DNA of 64,000 nt from Chiloscyllium plagiosum (taxonomy: Eukaryota), in assembly GCF_004010195.1 (NCBI RefSeq), contig NC_057735.1, positions 23,233,122 through 23,297,121 on the forward strand. Direction: 5' to 3'. A program made the translations under genes and the position numbers. The notes below the pieces were generated by a model. It saw nothing but the letters and a program-made list of their open reading frames with translations, was not told the origin of the DNA and made no database searches. Positions 11,407 to 24,743 of the stretch are shown here, in pieces (within the stretch, counting starts at the first letter, position 1; every line of letters begins with the position of its first letter).

Positions 11407-12188
11407 AGCTCAGTATCTCTGTCTTAATACCTCTCTTCAAAAAAAATCTAATTCAAAATACACCTCTTAAAGCCATAGTACTGTCTCATTTATTTACTGA
11501 TTCCTTTTTCTCTCATGTTTCTCACTTTATGTTTATGAAATGTATCCTCCATTCACTTTATATCTTGGTGGAAATTTGTAAACTTCGGATTTAACAGGTA
11601 TGGAGACAACAGAAGAGGCTAAAATGCAATACAATCACTGTTATTTCAGTATGTCCTGATTTGTTATCAGTTTTCTAAATAAACCACTAAAACTTCTGTC
11701 ACTTGCTGTTAGTTTCTAAAGATAAAATGCAGGAATAGCTTTTTCAAGAACAAATCAACTTGTTTCTCTGCAGGCTTTTAATGACTGTTTTCCCCTTCAG
11801 TTTTAGTTATGGTGATGCATGCAAGAATATGAAGCAGTCAGTGAATGAATGTCACTGCAACAAATTCTGATTGCACGTGTGCCAAAGTGATTAATTGCCA
11901 TATTCATGCAGTGATCCTGGCATGTTAGGAAGTACTGTGGAGTAGCATTATACTCAAGATTCCCAGAAGGTACAGTCTTTATTCACATATTTCAAACAGT
12001 TTTTGAAATAGGTTGACAAAGATATTCTATTTGTACCTGAACCTTTGTTCACACTGATATTTCATTGCTCAAGCTAAGGTGACAACATGTTTGCCTTGAC
12101 ATAATTTTCCTTGAAAACACCTCAACAATGTAAATAAGGCTTCATGCTCAGTTCACATTTTTTATGTGCTAGTGCTATATGTGAATAG

Positions 12189-12581
12189 TGAAGATTAGAG
12201 TGGTGCTGGCAAAGCACAGTGGGTCAGGCAGCATCCGAGGAGCAGGTAAATCGATGTTTCAGGCAAGAGCCCTTCATCAGGAATGAGGACAGAGGAGATG
12301 ACCTGGGGGTGCAGTGAGAGAGAGACTCACTGGGATCTTTGTAGAGAGAGGAGGAGAAATTCTTGAAAGCAAGTACCCTTGCAAGAGGATTCGCAGTAAG
12401 GTGAAAATCAACTAGGCAAAAGTGAGGACTGCAGATGCAGAGAGGCCTCTATTCCTGATGAAGGGCTCCTGCCCGAAATGTCGATTTTCCTGCTCCTCGG
12501 ATGCTGCCTGACCTGCTGTGCTTTTCCAGCACCACTCTAATCTTAACTCTGATCGCCATCATCTGCAGTCCTCTCTTCCGC
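12189..12581. mobile_element. Penelope-derived cassette: inverted pLTRs with two hammerhead motifs and a 14-bp TSD
   Basis: Hammerhead cores at 12253-12280 (-) and 12455-12482 (+). The arms are reverse-complementary and the spacer is antisense to the 5230-5345 PLE 5' sequence. TSD CTATATGTGAATAG at 12175-12188 and 12582-12595. Confidence 0.88.
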
Positions 12582-13129
12582 CTATATGTGAATAGCCCAT
12601 CTTACCCAGTTATGAGAGAAATTCCACCTGATTCACATGGGTTAAAGTAAACAAAAGCCGAAAACCACAATTTTATTATGAAGAGAATAATGGTCTGTGG
12701 TGTTTTGGTGAATGGATGACAGGCAGTTTAGTATGTTGGATAAAATCAAGTATTAGACCTAAATCAGTCAGCCCTCTTTATTTTGTCAGTTGTTTTGTAT
12801 ATTATATCCATTATTTTATTTAAGATGTTGTAGCAGCAATCAGTACCATTGCATGTCATGTTGTTTGAAGCACTCCTGGTCACCAGACGTTAGCTTTGGG
12901 TCATTCTCTCTTGGGGCAGAGATCTACAGGATTTGCTTAATAGCATAAAACCTCTGATTCAAACTGGATTTGCTTGATATGTAATATTTTAGAACCTTGT
13001 AGAACCTTGTGTTGGGATATGAAAATACAATTATCTGAGAAGGTTGAAAATAATTCAGTTGGTTGACTATACTAGCCTGCTCCCTGTACCATATATTGTA
13101 AACACTTTGTCCTGGAGTAACTCATCAAG

Positions 13130-13452
13130 CATTTTTCAACATCAGCTTCCAATCCAATGACTTTGACCACCTCAAAGGATAAGGGCAGCAAACTCACAGG
13201 AACACCGCTACTCAAAGGTTCTCCTTTAAGCCACATGCCACCTTGACATGGAATGATATCATTGTTCCTTCATAGTCGCAGGATCAAAATCTTAGGTTTC
13301 CCTTCATAAAAGCACTGTGGATGCACAAACACCAGATGGATTGTAGCCATGTTTGATGGTGGCTCATCGCCACACTTGCAAAGGCAGTTAAGGATGGCTA
13401 CCAAATGCTATACTTGCCAGCAATCCTGACATCACAGGAAGGAATCAAATAA
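13130..13452 (+). mobile_element. Old CR1/L2-group LINE 3' end fragment
   Basis: Similar to the 7400-7670 and 24270-24560 tails. Confidence 0.55.
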
Positions 13453-13801
13453 AAATCTTGCATGTGAGTTTTAGGATATATTTTAAATCTTCTTTTGTAT
13501 CTTGTGGTAGCTGAGCATAGACATTTTGTGAAACCTGATAGAGTATGGTAATAAAGCATCAATTCTTCACCAGCAGAGAAAATAAAGAATGTACTCAATG
13601 TTGGCACATGGAAGGTGTTTACAGAGTGAGGTTGGTCTTTGCCAGCTGTGCAAAATGGTCTCATATTGAATTGTCAGGGGATTTTTCACAGTGCTTGATA
13701 GATCTTCCATTAAAATTCACTCTTTAAGGAGATTTCTTTCCTTGTCTCACTGCTATTTTTCACTTTGTTTATCATTAAAACTGTTGATAATGTTTCCCAA
13801 G

Positions 13802-14045
13802 TGTTATGGACAAGACCAAATATATCCAGGATTGAGCCGAGACCCTACTGTTTTCTTATTTAAAGGCAAATGTAAGATGCTGCATTCAAGATGCAATTCA
13901 GTTGGTTACACTACTTGGCTTTTACTTAAGGCTTCGCAAGTTGTTTACTTTATTGACTTGGAACAGATTGCTTTCCATCTCTGTCTCAACCTCTTTCCAT
14001 AAAAAAAGGACAATGTTTACCTCTAGGAGCCACAGTATCATCACA
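13802..14045. mobile_element. Internally deleted solo LTR
   Basis: TGTTATGGAC...CATCACA termini with flanks CAAG/CAAA. Collinear with both ends of 10677-11488. Confidence 0.6.
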
Positions 14046-14393
14046 CAAACCAAAATACAAAAACTGGCATAGGGAAAAACCCAGTTTATCTATTTTGCTT
14101 GTTGCCATCTGACGTTTTATACTTATTTCACTTATTAAAGAAACAGGATATTTCATTATTAGCATAATGTTTATGACATGCTTATTTGTCGTGCAGAGAC
14201 TGTGGGCTATTACTTTGTTCTGCCTTTTGGATCCTCAAGAACATAGAATGTGTTCTGTAGAGAGTAGAAAATCTGCTCCTTCAGATTATTTTTCAAGTGG
14301 TGGTGATGAAAATTTACCTCAAAGAAAGGAAAATCCAATTTTTCATTGACATAAGTTTTTGTGGCATTCCTGAAATGGAATATAAATGAAAAC

Positions 14394-15071
14394 TGTAACA
14401 ACAAGGTAATTAGGTGTAATTTGCCTCCTTTCTTTTTAACCTCACTCGAGATCGCAACATATTTTTAAACTTTTCTTTTAGTATTAAATTGCCAGCTGGT
14501 ATTATTACTGGACAAGGACAGATCCCAGACTGAAAATTAACTTGATAGATCATATTCTGTTTGTATTTATTGACTGAGGTGGTTTGTCATTGAAACATAA
14601 GCATGAAATGTTGCAGGCTTTATTTTAACAATGGAACAGAAGTTTATTAAGCAAAGCAAATTAAGATAAAATAGAATAAGTCAAACTACTTACATATAGC
14701 ACAATTTGAAATATTCAATATACATGATAAAAAAATATGATACCAACTATCCCTACTTTACAGTACTCAATCACCAGAAAGAGTTATCTTCTCTATCACA
14801 TCTATAGATTTGTCATATCTATTTCTTTCACCGAAAGCTTTCCAGTCAATGAGTTCTTCTCTTAAACAAAGTTAGTCGATTTCTGATTCTTCTTAACTGA
14901 AAACACGTTGAGACTTTTCAATCTTTACTCTGTCTAATTGTAAAACTCTCACAATGCAAACAAATTTCCATTATCTCTCTGGGAAGCCCCTCTCTCCTAC
15001 GTCATGGCTCCAAACTCAAAATAAATAAGATTAATGCATATGTAAGTTGCACACTTTCCATCATTGTAACA
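14394..15071. mobile_element. Possible old solo LTR
   Basis: Starts TGTAACA and has composition like the other solo LTRs. The right end is uncertain (15071 or 15169) and there is no TSD. Confidence 0.3.
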
Positions 15072-15431
15072 TGAAGCTTTAATTCAGTACTTCAACTAAA
15101 GTTGCAGTTAGTTAGACCAAAACTGTGCAATCTATTAGAATATCTTCCTCAATGAAAGGTACTGTTACATATGTTGCAGATATTCTCAAGAGTGGTCCTC
15201 TGTCTTTCTTAGTTGGACAGTTTGCAGGTAAACTTTAATATTCAATATGTACACTGTAAATGTGAATTAAAACAGGGACACAAAACCTTCTTGATGCTGA
15301 CTCTTGCTTGGTTTCAATGTATTTAGTTTATGGAGATAATTTCAATGGAGATGATTCATGGGCCTCAATCTATGATCAGATGGTCATGATAACCATTTTC
15401 GGACAGCGTTTGTCATTTATAAAACTCCGGT

Positions 15432-16160
15432 CGTCTGAGTTGCAGAGGGATCTGGGTGTCCTAGTGCATAAATCACAATATGTTAGAGTGCAGGTCTAGC
15501 AATTAATTTGAAAAGCTAATAGAATGTTATCATTTATTGTGATGAGAATTGAATTCAAAAGTAGGAAGGTTATACTTCAGTTATTTAGGGCTCTGCAAAG
15601 ATCACATTTGGAGTACTGTGCACAGCATTGGTTATTTAATTTGAAGAAACATGTAAATGCATTGGAAACAGGCCAAATAAGGTTTACCAGATTAATACCT
15701 GGAATGGATGGGTTGTCGGGTGAGGGAGGGTTGGATATATTTGGCTTGCAGAAGCTGGAGTTTATAAGAGGAAGACACATTTTGATTGAAACGTACATGA
15801 TGTTGAGGATTTTGAGAGGGCAGATGTGAAGGTGATATTTCACCTATGGGAGCATCGGTAATTAGTGTCACGGTGTAAAATTCAGGGATTATTCAATTAC
15901 GATTGAGATGAGGGAAATCTTTTTTCTCTCTGAATGTCATGAGTCTTTGGATCTCTTAGTGAAAAGGTAGTGGAAGCACTGTCTTTGAATATTTTGAAGG
16001 AAGGGATAGAGACTTGTTGAGCAAAGTGGTGAAATGTTCTCAGGACTAGGTGAGAATGAGGATTTGAGATTACAGTCTAATTAGCCATAATCTTCATGAA
16101 AGGCAGAGAAGGCTCAGTGGGCTGAATTGCCTACTCCTGCTCCTTGTTCATATGTTCAGA
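15432..16160 (+). mobile_element. CR1 3' fragment (old)
   Basis: QRDLGVLVHKS, RSHLEYCAQ and RFTRLIPGM motifs; 3'UTR GGCTGAATTGCCTACTCCTGCTCC. Confidence 0.85.
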
Positions 16161-18479
16161 TGAAAAGTCTCAGCTTGAACAATCAGATGATGGAAGTCAA
16201 AAATTATCCAAAGTTACTACTATCCAAATGATACACAAATAAACAATAGGTACTCAGGTTGCAGATATCATACAAACTATTAACACAGCTGGAATTTGAA
16301 TTTCTCAGTTAATACAAAGATACTATCTGTGAATGGGTTAATAATCATGGTAACAAAAAACACAGCATCGCTGAAAATAGCACTTCTATTTGTATCTTTA
16401 TGCATCAAATCCTAATCCTGCCAGAGAGATGTAAATAACTTCACTAACTGTTACCATATTATATTCCTTCACCTTATGAATAATAAAAGAGCAATCCTTC
16501 AAGCACTCTATTAATTTGTCAGTAATGGCCACATGGTGTAGTATTCTGTTACAACAAAGAATAGCTCGTCTTGTGAATAAAATGTGCCCCATGTAAATGA
16601 GTCTTTCGGGAAATGGAGTAGGAAATAAGGGCAGTGCTATTCATTTTACTTTATTAAAATGCTGATCTGTGCAATTTAATCTATCCAGAAGAATTTTTTA
16701 TCAGGTTGTTAAGAATAATATAAAAACTCACTAAAGATGTGGCTTCAATGTAAAAAATGCTTCAAAGTAATCATGGGCAAAGAGATGACAGAAATGCAGC
16801 AAGAAGCATAATTTTAACTACAAAACAAAGTCCTGATCTTGGGCTTCAGTAATATTCTGCACATAAGCTATTTGAAACGGAAATCTTGAACTGAACAGAA
16901 TGAACAGAAAACTCAAATGAAGTGAACTTGAGCTATGAGAATGTATGAAGGTAAGAAAAGATAATTCTGCCAGCCTTCCCCAGTCAATTGGAGCAAGCTT
17001 CAACTTCCTAATGCCTCACTGTCTGGTTTAGACCACTGTGCCATTAGTCTTATTTTTGATTGACTATAAATTAGTTGTGGAATGCAATTATTTATCACAT
17101 GATATGTATTCATTTATAAAGAACTTATTCCTCAATTTACCTAGTTCCTTAGGATAAGATCACATTCCTTGGATCTGATCAAATTGCTTCTTATACAGCT
17201 TACTGATTCATTTTATCGTTATAAAACCTCGTTATAACTAATTATAGTAATAAAAAGATGTTCTCTTCTCATCTTTTTATCAACAGTGAAACAAAGTCTT
17301 GCTCCTTTTTTTATGGCTTACTGTCAAGAACCTGTTTATATGCTTTGATTCTATCCCTGACTACTACCTCAGATGGAGACTGCTGTCCTATCAATAGTTT
17401 TTCATCAGCTATGAGTATAACCTCCTTTAGCTTATACTGTCTAGGTAAAACCAATATACCATCAAACCTGAGATAACCTTGCATTTACCACTCTGATCTA
17501 TTCTTTTAAGGATAGACAATAGATGCCAGCATTATCAGCTATGCCTATATCCCTTAAAAGAGTAAATGAAACAACTTATTTGCTTAACAACATCACTCAA
17601 ATAAATTTGCTGGTAACTTATATCATTATGGTTGCCACCCATGCATAAAAAATTCTTCAGTTTAGTGCTGTCCAATATCCAAAGGAGAAATTAAGTCCAA
17701 TGAGAAGGTTCTGAGGAGAAATTCAATTCACAACTGTTGTGGATTTTATATCTTAACACAATGCCAGGATAATGCTTGTTTTAATTTGTGCAATAGATTT
17801 TATTAACTGTGCTTTTATAACATCTACTCCAGGTTTCTGCCCCAGCTAAAGTTTATTTGTGTGCATGTGGTAGTCCTATCAGACATAGATGATTTTTGCT
17901 TGTGGCAAGAACTCTCATGCATAGCTGCTCAACATTGGGAGGCTGTTGTAGATTTACACATCGATAATCAACCTGTTTGGCTGCATTATAACACATTGTT
18001 TGTTGTCATAAACTTTTGAGATGGGACTTAACCCCTTTGATCTGTTGCCTAGAGGTAGGCACCCAACCACTGCAGCATGAGACTTCCTCTCCTACTTGCA
18101 CTTGAAAATCAAACAGCCAGGAGTTGAAAATTTGGTGTGACACCTCACCCAAGGCCCACCAGATGACAAAATCAATTTGTCTTATGAATGATTGAGTAGC
18201 CAGCCAGAATCAGATATCATTTATTAGGTTTACAATCGAAATCAGGGTGCTGTGCTGGTGTTAGGAATTTAAAGCAATCTTCATCTAAAAAAGGGCAGCG
18301 CTTATGTGGGCAATCTATAAGTTTCACACAGATGGATCCTGTCTTGAGTGATCGAACAAGTGGTCCTTAAAAAATTAGGAAAATGATTTATTTGGAGTTA
18401 TATTTTGGAGATTTTCACAACTTCACAATAACACTGCAAACTACTCGTATTCTTGGCTCAACCCGCTTGACTTCATCTC

Positions 18480-18640
18480 CCCCTCTCCTTTTTTCATGCA
18501 AAGGCTCAGTTCTCAAGAAGAGTTGTAATGCACTTGAAACGTGAACTCTGTTACTGTCTCTACAAATGGTGCCAGACGCGCTGAATTTCTCCAGCATTCT
18601 CTTTGTTTGTTTCAGATTCCCAGCATCTGACATATTTTGC
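18480..18640 (+). mobile_element. Old Penelope pLTR remnant with a degenerate hammerhead
   Basis: CTCAAGAAGAGT...ACTTGAAACGTG followed by the pLTR-type TGCCAGAC...TTTCTCCAGCA...TTCAGATTCCCAGCATCTG. Confidence 0.55.
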
Positions 18641-18894
18641 TTGTATAAGAAACAAAACTATTGGTGACACTAAAATCATATATAGGTCATACACAAAAAG
18701 TATGCTAAAGGTTTTATGACAACCCAATAGTTTCATGTTCAACATTATTGATACTATATTTCTCTTCTAGGCTTCATTAATTAACAGGATTTAAACACCC
18801 AACTTCCATGATTGGGATTTGAAATGATATCTCTGGATCATTAGTACAGGCCTTGGGATTACTAGCCTATCAGCAAAACTACTGTACTACAAGA

Positions 18895-19171
18895 CTTTTT
18901 TTTATTCATTCATAGGATGAAGGCATTTATTGCCCATCCCTAATTTCCCAGAGAGCAGTTAAAAGTCAACCACATTGCTGTGGGATTGGAGTCACATGTA
19001 GGCTGACAATTGACAATAGATTCATGGTCACCATTAGATGCTTAAGTCCAGATTTTGTATTGAATTCAAATTCTGCCATCTGCCATGGCAGGATTTAAAC
19101 CCTGGTCCCCAGAGCACAATGTGGATCTTAGGATAAGCATTGGTGATAATACCGCTGGATTGTCGCCTCCC
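18895..19171 (-). mobile_element. tRNA-derived SINE whose tail is shared with the old LINE family
   Basis: Reverse complement is similar to 22402-22745 and 54458-54795. Confidence 0.75.
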
Positions 19172-19879
19172 CTGTTATTTTCTGCTTCATTTTCAACAAT
19201 ATGTTTTTGATACATAGAGAATTCAGTGGAATGGTTTAGCTGTCATGTGAACTGATAGTTAAAAAGAGTAGGTAATTTTGAGTTTAAAAAAAGGTTTTTT
19301 TTAGAGATTATCAACTATTCACTAGCTTATTTCACAGATGCTACTGTAGCAATACTTTGTTAAAAGTTAAAACAAGTTCAAATATTATTATTGGAAAGAA
19401 GGTGCAAGATGTTCGCCCTATGGTCAAACGTAAGGGCATGTAAGATGACTCTAGATATACTGTTAGTCTCAAAGTCATAGGGCAGTGTTCGGAATGTCAT
19501 GTTTTTAAATCAGTTATATTTTAAAGTTTTTTAAAAATTTTAAGACAGAATGGAGTTGATTGTCTCAAGGATAACTAAATAACATTTCTACCTGGTTACA
19601 AGGTCCATATGATTCATGGTGTTCAACATCAGATTGCAGGTAGACCTCATGCTGAAATTGAAGAGATGATGATCATAAGGGTGTAAATGAGTCTAGAAAA
19701 TTTTTGGAACCTTAGAAAGAAGGAGAGATATTTTGCTCATGATAAGTCAGTACCAGGAGATACTACCTGACAGGAAGAGTAAGGAGGAAGTAAGCCATCA
19801 AAACTAAGAATATTTTTAGGTTGTTCTTGGAAAATGAAGTATCTGTTTTAAGGGACAGAGTAAAGTAAAACTGAGTCCA

Positions 19880-20570
19880 TGTGCAGCAAAACTTGGAAAA
19901 CATTCAGGATTTCATTGATGAATGGCAACTAACATTTATGGCACCTAGGGTTCAGGCAATGATTATCCCCAATAAAAAAAATCTGATGATTCCTCTTTGG
20001 CATTTAATGGCATTACCATCACTGAATCCTCTATAATCAAAACCGGGGATTACCATTAACCAGAAACTGAACTGGACCAACCATCTAAATATTGTGGCTA
20101 CAAGTGTACACTAAAGTTTGGAAATTCTGTGGCTAGTACCTGACCTGCTGACTCCTAAAGCTGTACACTATCTGTAAGGCAAGAGTGAAGTACATAATGG
20201 GATATTTTCCACTTAGTTGGATGAGCATAGATCCAATAACAGGCAACAAACCTGACATGATTCAGGACAAAGCAGCCTGCTTGATCGACATCTAATGTAC
20301 CACCTTAAATAATATCATTAACACAGAGAGGCAGCAGTGTCTACCAAATACAAAATAGTGCAGGATTCCAAATCCATGATCTGTACCACGAGGAGGACAA
20401 GGGAACAACTGGACTGGGAACAACAATAACTGGGAACACTTCTACCTGCAAGTTCCCATCCTGCAGGTAGAAGTGTTCCCAGTTATTGTCCCAAGTCAGA
20501 CCATGCTGACTTGGGACAATATTCACAAATCCTTCACTGTCACTGGATCTACTTGGACCTCTCTTTGTAA
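19880..20570 (+). mobile_element. Old CR1/L2-group LINE C-terminal fragment
   Basis: Collinear with 6900-7540 and 23700-24420. Confidence 0.6.
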
Positions 20571-20719
20571 CAATAACAACATTATATCAATAGTAACAAT
20601 TCAAGAGTAATTCACTATAATTTGTAAGAAAATTAGAATGGGCAACAATATTAGGGAATAAATGGAAAATAAATTAAAATCAATCAAGAACGGGGACTTT
20701 TCATAAAGCAATGTGTAGC

Positions 20720-20850
20720 TAATGCTGGAATTCTGAAATGCAACAGAATAAACAGAAAGTGCTAGAAAAAACTCAGCAGTTTTGGCAACACCTGTGGTGA
20801 GAGAAACCAAATGAACATTTTGAAACCAATATGGTTGTTCTTCAGAACAC
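20720..20850 (-). mobile_element. Old Penelope pLTR remnant
   Basis: Minus strand TTCTGAAGAACAACCATATTGGTTTCAAAATG...TGCCAAAACTGCTGAGTTTTTTCTAGCA...CCAGCAT. Confidence 0.5.
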
Positions 20851-22401
20851 AAGGAGTTTTCATTGTTTCAAAAGATAAAGGGGGAAATTATCTGTAGTCT
20901 AGAGTTTAAGTTAACTATAAAGTGTCTAGTTAATGTTCTTTTAGATTAGCTTGTTACAGTAAAAGTCTTAACTTGGAATCTTGCCATATGAATCTTTCTG
21001 ACAGTTTCTGGAAATTTATTTTTGCTTTAAAAGATATCCCTCTCTATCGAGATCATAAAAAAGGATATGTTCTGTGTGAAGTTTGCTCGTATGAGGGACA
21101 AAAGGAACAATAAAAGACTGAAGCGAACAATATTGCTATGGGGTTCTGAAGATACAGATTTCAAATGAACAATCCATCAAGTTATTTTCTAATGTTATGC
21201 ACATCCGAGATTTGAAATTTATGAGGACACACTGAAATAGATACATAATATAAGCAGCACTCTGAGGTGAAAATGAGACATTAGCTTCCTACAGCAATTT
21301 TTTTAGTATAATTATTCTGAACAAGTTAACAAAGTCAGCATATAAAATTATAATCGTGAATAGAACATCAATCATGGGTTGAATTGGCAGTGTGAAGATG
21401 CATATAAAAGTGACGGGAAACATCATGACTGCTAAGTAGCACAAAAACTTGACATTACTCACAGGAGTACAATAAGGTGTCTTTGCCAATGAGTTATGGA
21501 GTTATACACAGTCAATATATTTATTAATTATGCATTTGCCAAGAGAGAGCTGGAGCATCTCCAAACTTGGGGAAATGTATGGATCAGCAAGCTGCATTTT
21601 GACATTCAGGTTAAATTCTTTCATATCAAGGTTAAATTTGCCATCATTGCCACAGCTGATATTTTTGTAATGTGCAAAAAGAAAAAGCATTAGCTGTGAG
21701 AACAAGGCACACTATGGGAAAAATAATGTGATCCAAATGAATATATTTAATGCTAATTGTTGCAAAAAAACCCCAGAACATTAGGCAAAGAAGAAAATTA
21801 GAATTATTTGATGGCCAGACATTGAAGACATAGTTATCATGAAATCTTTGAAACTCGCGATGAAGCAGATACCATGCCTTTGACGTCAGTAAGAGACAAG
21901 ACACCAGAAAAGAGAAGTCTTAGATATCATTTGGGATACTTATGTTTTGTAATTTACTTTGTGTAGATATTCTAAAAAAAGAAATGGAATGATATATAAG
22001 AAGTCGAAGAGCTCTACTCAGCAACAAGGAACAAGCAGCATTTTGGATAGTGTACATGAGGACATCCACAGCCTGATATGTTCCAGAATGGTTTTTCAGT
22101 GTGTCGTTAACAGTATTTGTTTAAAGCACAAGGTAAACACAAAACATTAACTGAAATTCTGCTTTCAGTTAGAATCTGTCAGAAGAATGCTAACATACTT
22201 TGTAAGATCCATAGAGGAAATGTTAAATGCAGCAGTTACTTTATGTGAAAAATTCTGCTTGTTGAGTATTTCAGAGAGCCTTTCAAGCTGATCAGTGCAA
22301 ACAGCATACAGTATGAGAACGTCAGGCAAATCCAATCAATACAACCGCAAATGTAAAAGATGTTTTTTTTGTGATTAAAGCTTTTGTCTTTTCCCCGAAG
22401 T

Positions 22402-22745
22402 GGAGGCGATGGCCTAGTGGTATTATTGTGAGATTATTAATCCAGAAATCCTAAGGTAATGTTCAAGGAAGCCCACCATCGTGGGAATTTGAATTCAATA
22501 AACATCTGGAATAAAATTCCAATGATGACTATGAAACCATTGTTAATTATCAGGAAATAAAAAGACCTGATTCACTAATTAACTTTTGGGGAAAAAACTG
22601 CTGTGCTTACCTGGTTTGGCCGAAATGTGAGCCCAGACTCCTAGCAATGTTATTGATTCTTAACTGCTCTCTGGGCAATTACAGATGGCTGGCAAATTTT
22701 GGACTAGCCTTGTAATGCTCACTTCCTGCGATTGAATTAAGAAAA
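22402..22745 (+). mobile_element. tRNA-derived SINE, near full length
   Basis: Head GGAGGCGATGGCCTAGTGG (A-box like), a body shared with the 18895 and 54458 copies, and a tail ...CTCTGGGCAATTACAGATGG. Confidence 0.75.
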
Positions 22746-23329
22746 CAGCCTGAGTATGCTGAGGTGCATTTAATTTGTTGCAAATATTTCCTGTTTATTA
22801 TTTCAACGAAGAGCTAATTATGATAATCTCGCAGCATGATGTACATATTAACAAATCCCAACTGTATATGCATTTTCTGTTTTTCGCTGATTTATCTAAT
22901 TTGAGATGATAAACCTAGATTAATATATGGCTGACGGTGAATTGTGAGGGGGAGAATTCAGGTAAAGAGATCAGATAATACTGTAAACTACATGAACAAA
23001 GCAAGATGCAAATTCTTTTGGAGTTTGGAGTTTAGCCGACAGTGAAATATCATTTGCATAATCAGGCTAATCTTGTCCAAAATATCAGCTTTGCAACTAA
23101 ACCAAGACTGGAGCTTTCCTACTCTCAAGCACAGATTTCCTCCCTTCCATATTGATACAATCTTGAGATCAGAATTATGGGACTTCAGTGACAAAAATAA
23201 GATTGCAAAATGGATAAAAGTCGTGATTGAAGGCCTTACTGAAGAGATCACGTGAGACAGAGTGTCCAGATTAACCTTGCGTTTTGGGGGAGGGTATACA
23301 CTACAATTGATGACTGATCATGTTGGTGG

Positions 23330-24570
23330 CAGTACTAGTAGCAGTATCATAGTGAGGTCAGAGTGATTGCTTTTGACATCAAGGGACATTTGACTGAGTG
23401 TGGCAACAGGGAGCCATGACAAAACTGGAGTCAATGTGAATCAGGGGAAAATAAATCTTCACTGGCTGGAGTCATACTTCACACAAAGGGAGATGGTTTT
23501 GTTTGGTGGAGCTCAGTTATTTCAGCTCCAGGATACATCTGCAGGAGTTCCTCAGGGCTATGATCCTAGGCCCAACCATTTTCAGTGGTCCTCAACTCAT
23601 CTTCTCTCTCAATTACCTTCCCTCCATCCTAACGTCAGAAGTGAGAACGTGCAATCATCAGCAAACAATGTTCTGCAGCATTTTCAAATTCTCAGATATC
23701 AAAGTGGTCCATGTCCAAACGCAGAAAGATCTGGACAATATCCAGGCTTGACACAAAAAAAGGTGAGTAACATTCACGCTACACAAATGCCAGGTAATGT
23801 CCATCTCCTATAGGAGACAATCTAACCATTGGTGGCTCTACCATCACTGAATGGCCCACTATCAATATTTTGGGGTTACCATTAGCCAGAAACTGAACTG
23901 GACTAGCCATAAAAATAAAAGGCTTTGAATATGACAGCAAATAACTTATCTCCTGACTCCCCAAAGCCTGACCACCATCTACAAGGCACAAATTAGGAGT
24001 ATGATGGAATACTTTCCACCTGCCTGGATGAATGCTTGACACCATCTTGGATAAAGCAAACCACTTGATTGGTGCCATGTTGACAAACATCCTCTCTCTC
24101 CACCACTCATACTCAATAGCAGCAGTGTGTATTATCTTTAAATTCACCAAAGTTGCTTTGACAGCAGTGATTAGAATAGTTAGATTATTATTTTTGACTC
24201 GTGCTGTTTTGATGGGCTGAAGGGCCTTTATCTGAACTGTAGACCTCTATGACATTATGACAGCACCTTCCAAACTCTCAACCACCTCCATATAGAAGAA
24301 CAAGAGCAGCGCAAAAATGGGAATGCCACTACCTGCAAACTACTCGCTAAGCTGTGCACCATCCTGACTTGAAAATTGACCACTACTCCTTCACTGCTAC
24401 TGGGTTTCCTGGAATTTCCTCCCTAACACCATTGTGGGTCTACCCATATAACATGGCCTGCAACGGTTCAAGAAAGCAGTTCACCACTACCTTCTCAAGA
24501 GGCAACTAGGGAATGCCAATAAACACAGGCCCAGCCAGTAACACACAAATCCCATGAATGAATAAAAAAA
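23330..24570 (+). mobile_element. Old CR1/L2-group LINE RT and 3' end, with a nested CR1-tail fragment at 24167-24257
   Basis: LHWLESY, GVPQG..LGP and YKAQIRSMMEY motifs. The nested insert is flanked by TGACAGCA at 24159-24166 and 24258-24265. Confidence 0.75.
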
Positions 24571-24743
24571 AGGATTAAATTGTTGGCATTGGATGGGGGT
24601 ATAGTGGTGGTGAGCATTGAGAGTTGAATAGTTGTGGAGTAAAGGGCCAATTATACCTTTCTTGGAGGATATAGAGTGGCAATCAATTCCTTTGATTTCA
24701 TAGATCCACAAGTCTTATTCTATGCAGGATTCTTGGTAGTCTG

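Larger units (their letters stand above)
10677..11488. mobile_element. Solo LTR-like element (TGTTATGGA...CA family) containing a Penelope cassette
   Basis: Starts TGTTATGGAC like 13802 and 26096 and ends ...GTACTGTCTCA. Internally similar to 13802-14045. No clean TSD. Confidence 0.6.

Noticed and set aside
14167-14410. Exon-like stretch ending in AAG|GTAATT
   Set aside because: Stops in the plausible frames and no recognisable protein. The donor-like site falls at the start of a putative LTR.
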